Source: Squalus acanthias (lineage: Eukaryota). Taken from it: 64,000 nucleotides of DNA. The position numbers and the translations under genes are program-made. Location of the stretch: the NCBI GenBank assembly GCA_030390025.1, contig CM059433.1, forward strand, positions 17,796,001 through 17,860,000. Direction: 5' to 3'. Shown here one piece after another: positions 63,376 through 64,000 of this stretch. Under the pieces are notes generated by a model. The model was given only the letters and a program-made list of their open reading frames with translations, did not search any database and had not been told where the DNA came from. Position 1 is the stretch's first letter. The number at the start of each line of letters is the position of its first letter.

Positions 63376-64000
63376 GGCCCAGAATTTGTGGTTGGGATGA
63401 CAGCAGACTGGCAACGTTCGCCGTCATTCAGCCTTAGAAACTGACCGCAACTTCGGGATTTGGCGCATGCAGAAATCCCGAAGTCGCGGTCAGTCATTGA
63501 CAGCTCCGAAACAGGCTGTGCGGTCCAGCACCACACACCCCACCCCAAAGCACAGAGCCAGCAGTCTGTGTAATCAGCCAAATCATTGAAACTGACGAAA
63601 ACTTCGGCTCTTCCTCAGTAAGTATGCTGTTAAATTCCCCACTAAAAGATAGACGCAAAGGTGTAACTGGGGTTTTGACAGCAATATTATTGCTAAACAA
63701 ATGTTAAGGGCCTGGAAAATAAATTTTAATTTTGTGCAGTGTGAAATGTGTCCATTTTAATAAAAATTTAAATTTTTAAGTAACTTTTCAAAAAAATAAT
63801 TTTTGCATTTAAAAAAAAATTTGTCCATCTTTATGTCAGGTTTGCCTGTTCCCCATGTGAGAGCCGCCATCTTTGTTTTGCTCTCTCTGATATTTTTAAA
63901 AAGTTAGAATTTTAAGAGCTTACTCACTTCCTTGTTCGCTGTCTGCGAGAATTCTGCGTTTTGATTGGCTGCTTAGACGTCATAGCAGTTCGCACTAGGG
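63376..64000. mobile_element. MITE-like element running off the window end
   Basis: GGCCCAGAATTT terminus, GCGCATGC motif and AT-rich centre like other MITEs here. The second end is not visible. Confidence 0.5.

Overview
Eukaryotic, repeat-dense and mostly non-coding DNA. It is most likely from a cartilaginous fish (shark), inferred from HE1-like V-SINE, SacSINE1-like DeuSINE and LF-SINE-like repeats plus abundant CR1/L2 LINEs. No host protein-coding exon could be recognised by homology. Nearly all long ORFs are fragments of transposable elements. These include two CR1-group LINE families, L2, a Penelope-like element with GIY-YIG endonuclease, a Vingi/RTE-X-like tail, a decayed Buster/Charlie hAT with terminal inverted repeats (TIRs) and an 8-bp target-site duplication (TSD), and many PIF/Harbinger-derived MITEs, often nested. 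The most notable items are: (i) three short TSD-flanked Penelope-derived insertions carrying a minimal type I hammerhead ribozyme motif, one folded back into a palindrome at the ribozyme; (ii) two pairs of inverted Harbinger-derived elements; (iii) a perfect 50-bp inverted repeat and a 68-bp direct repeat in apparently unique DNA; (iv) a 1.5-kb G-rich satellite; (v) a cluster of candidate minus-strand micro/terminal exons (2.5-12.9 kb) of an unidentified gene. Family names come from recalled similarity, not database searches, and most boundaries are approximate.
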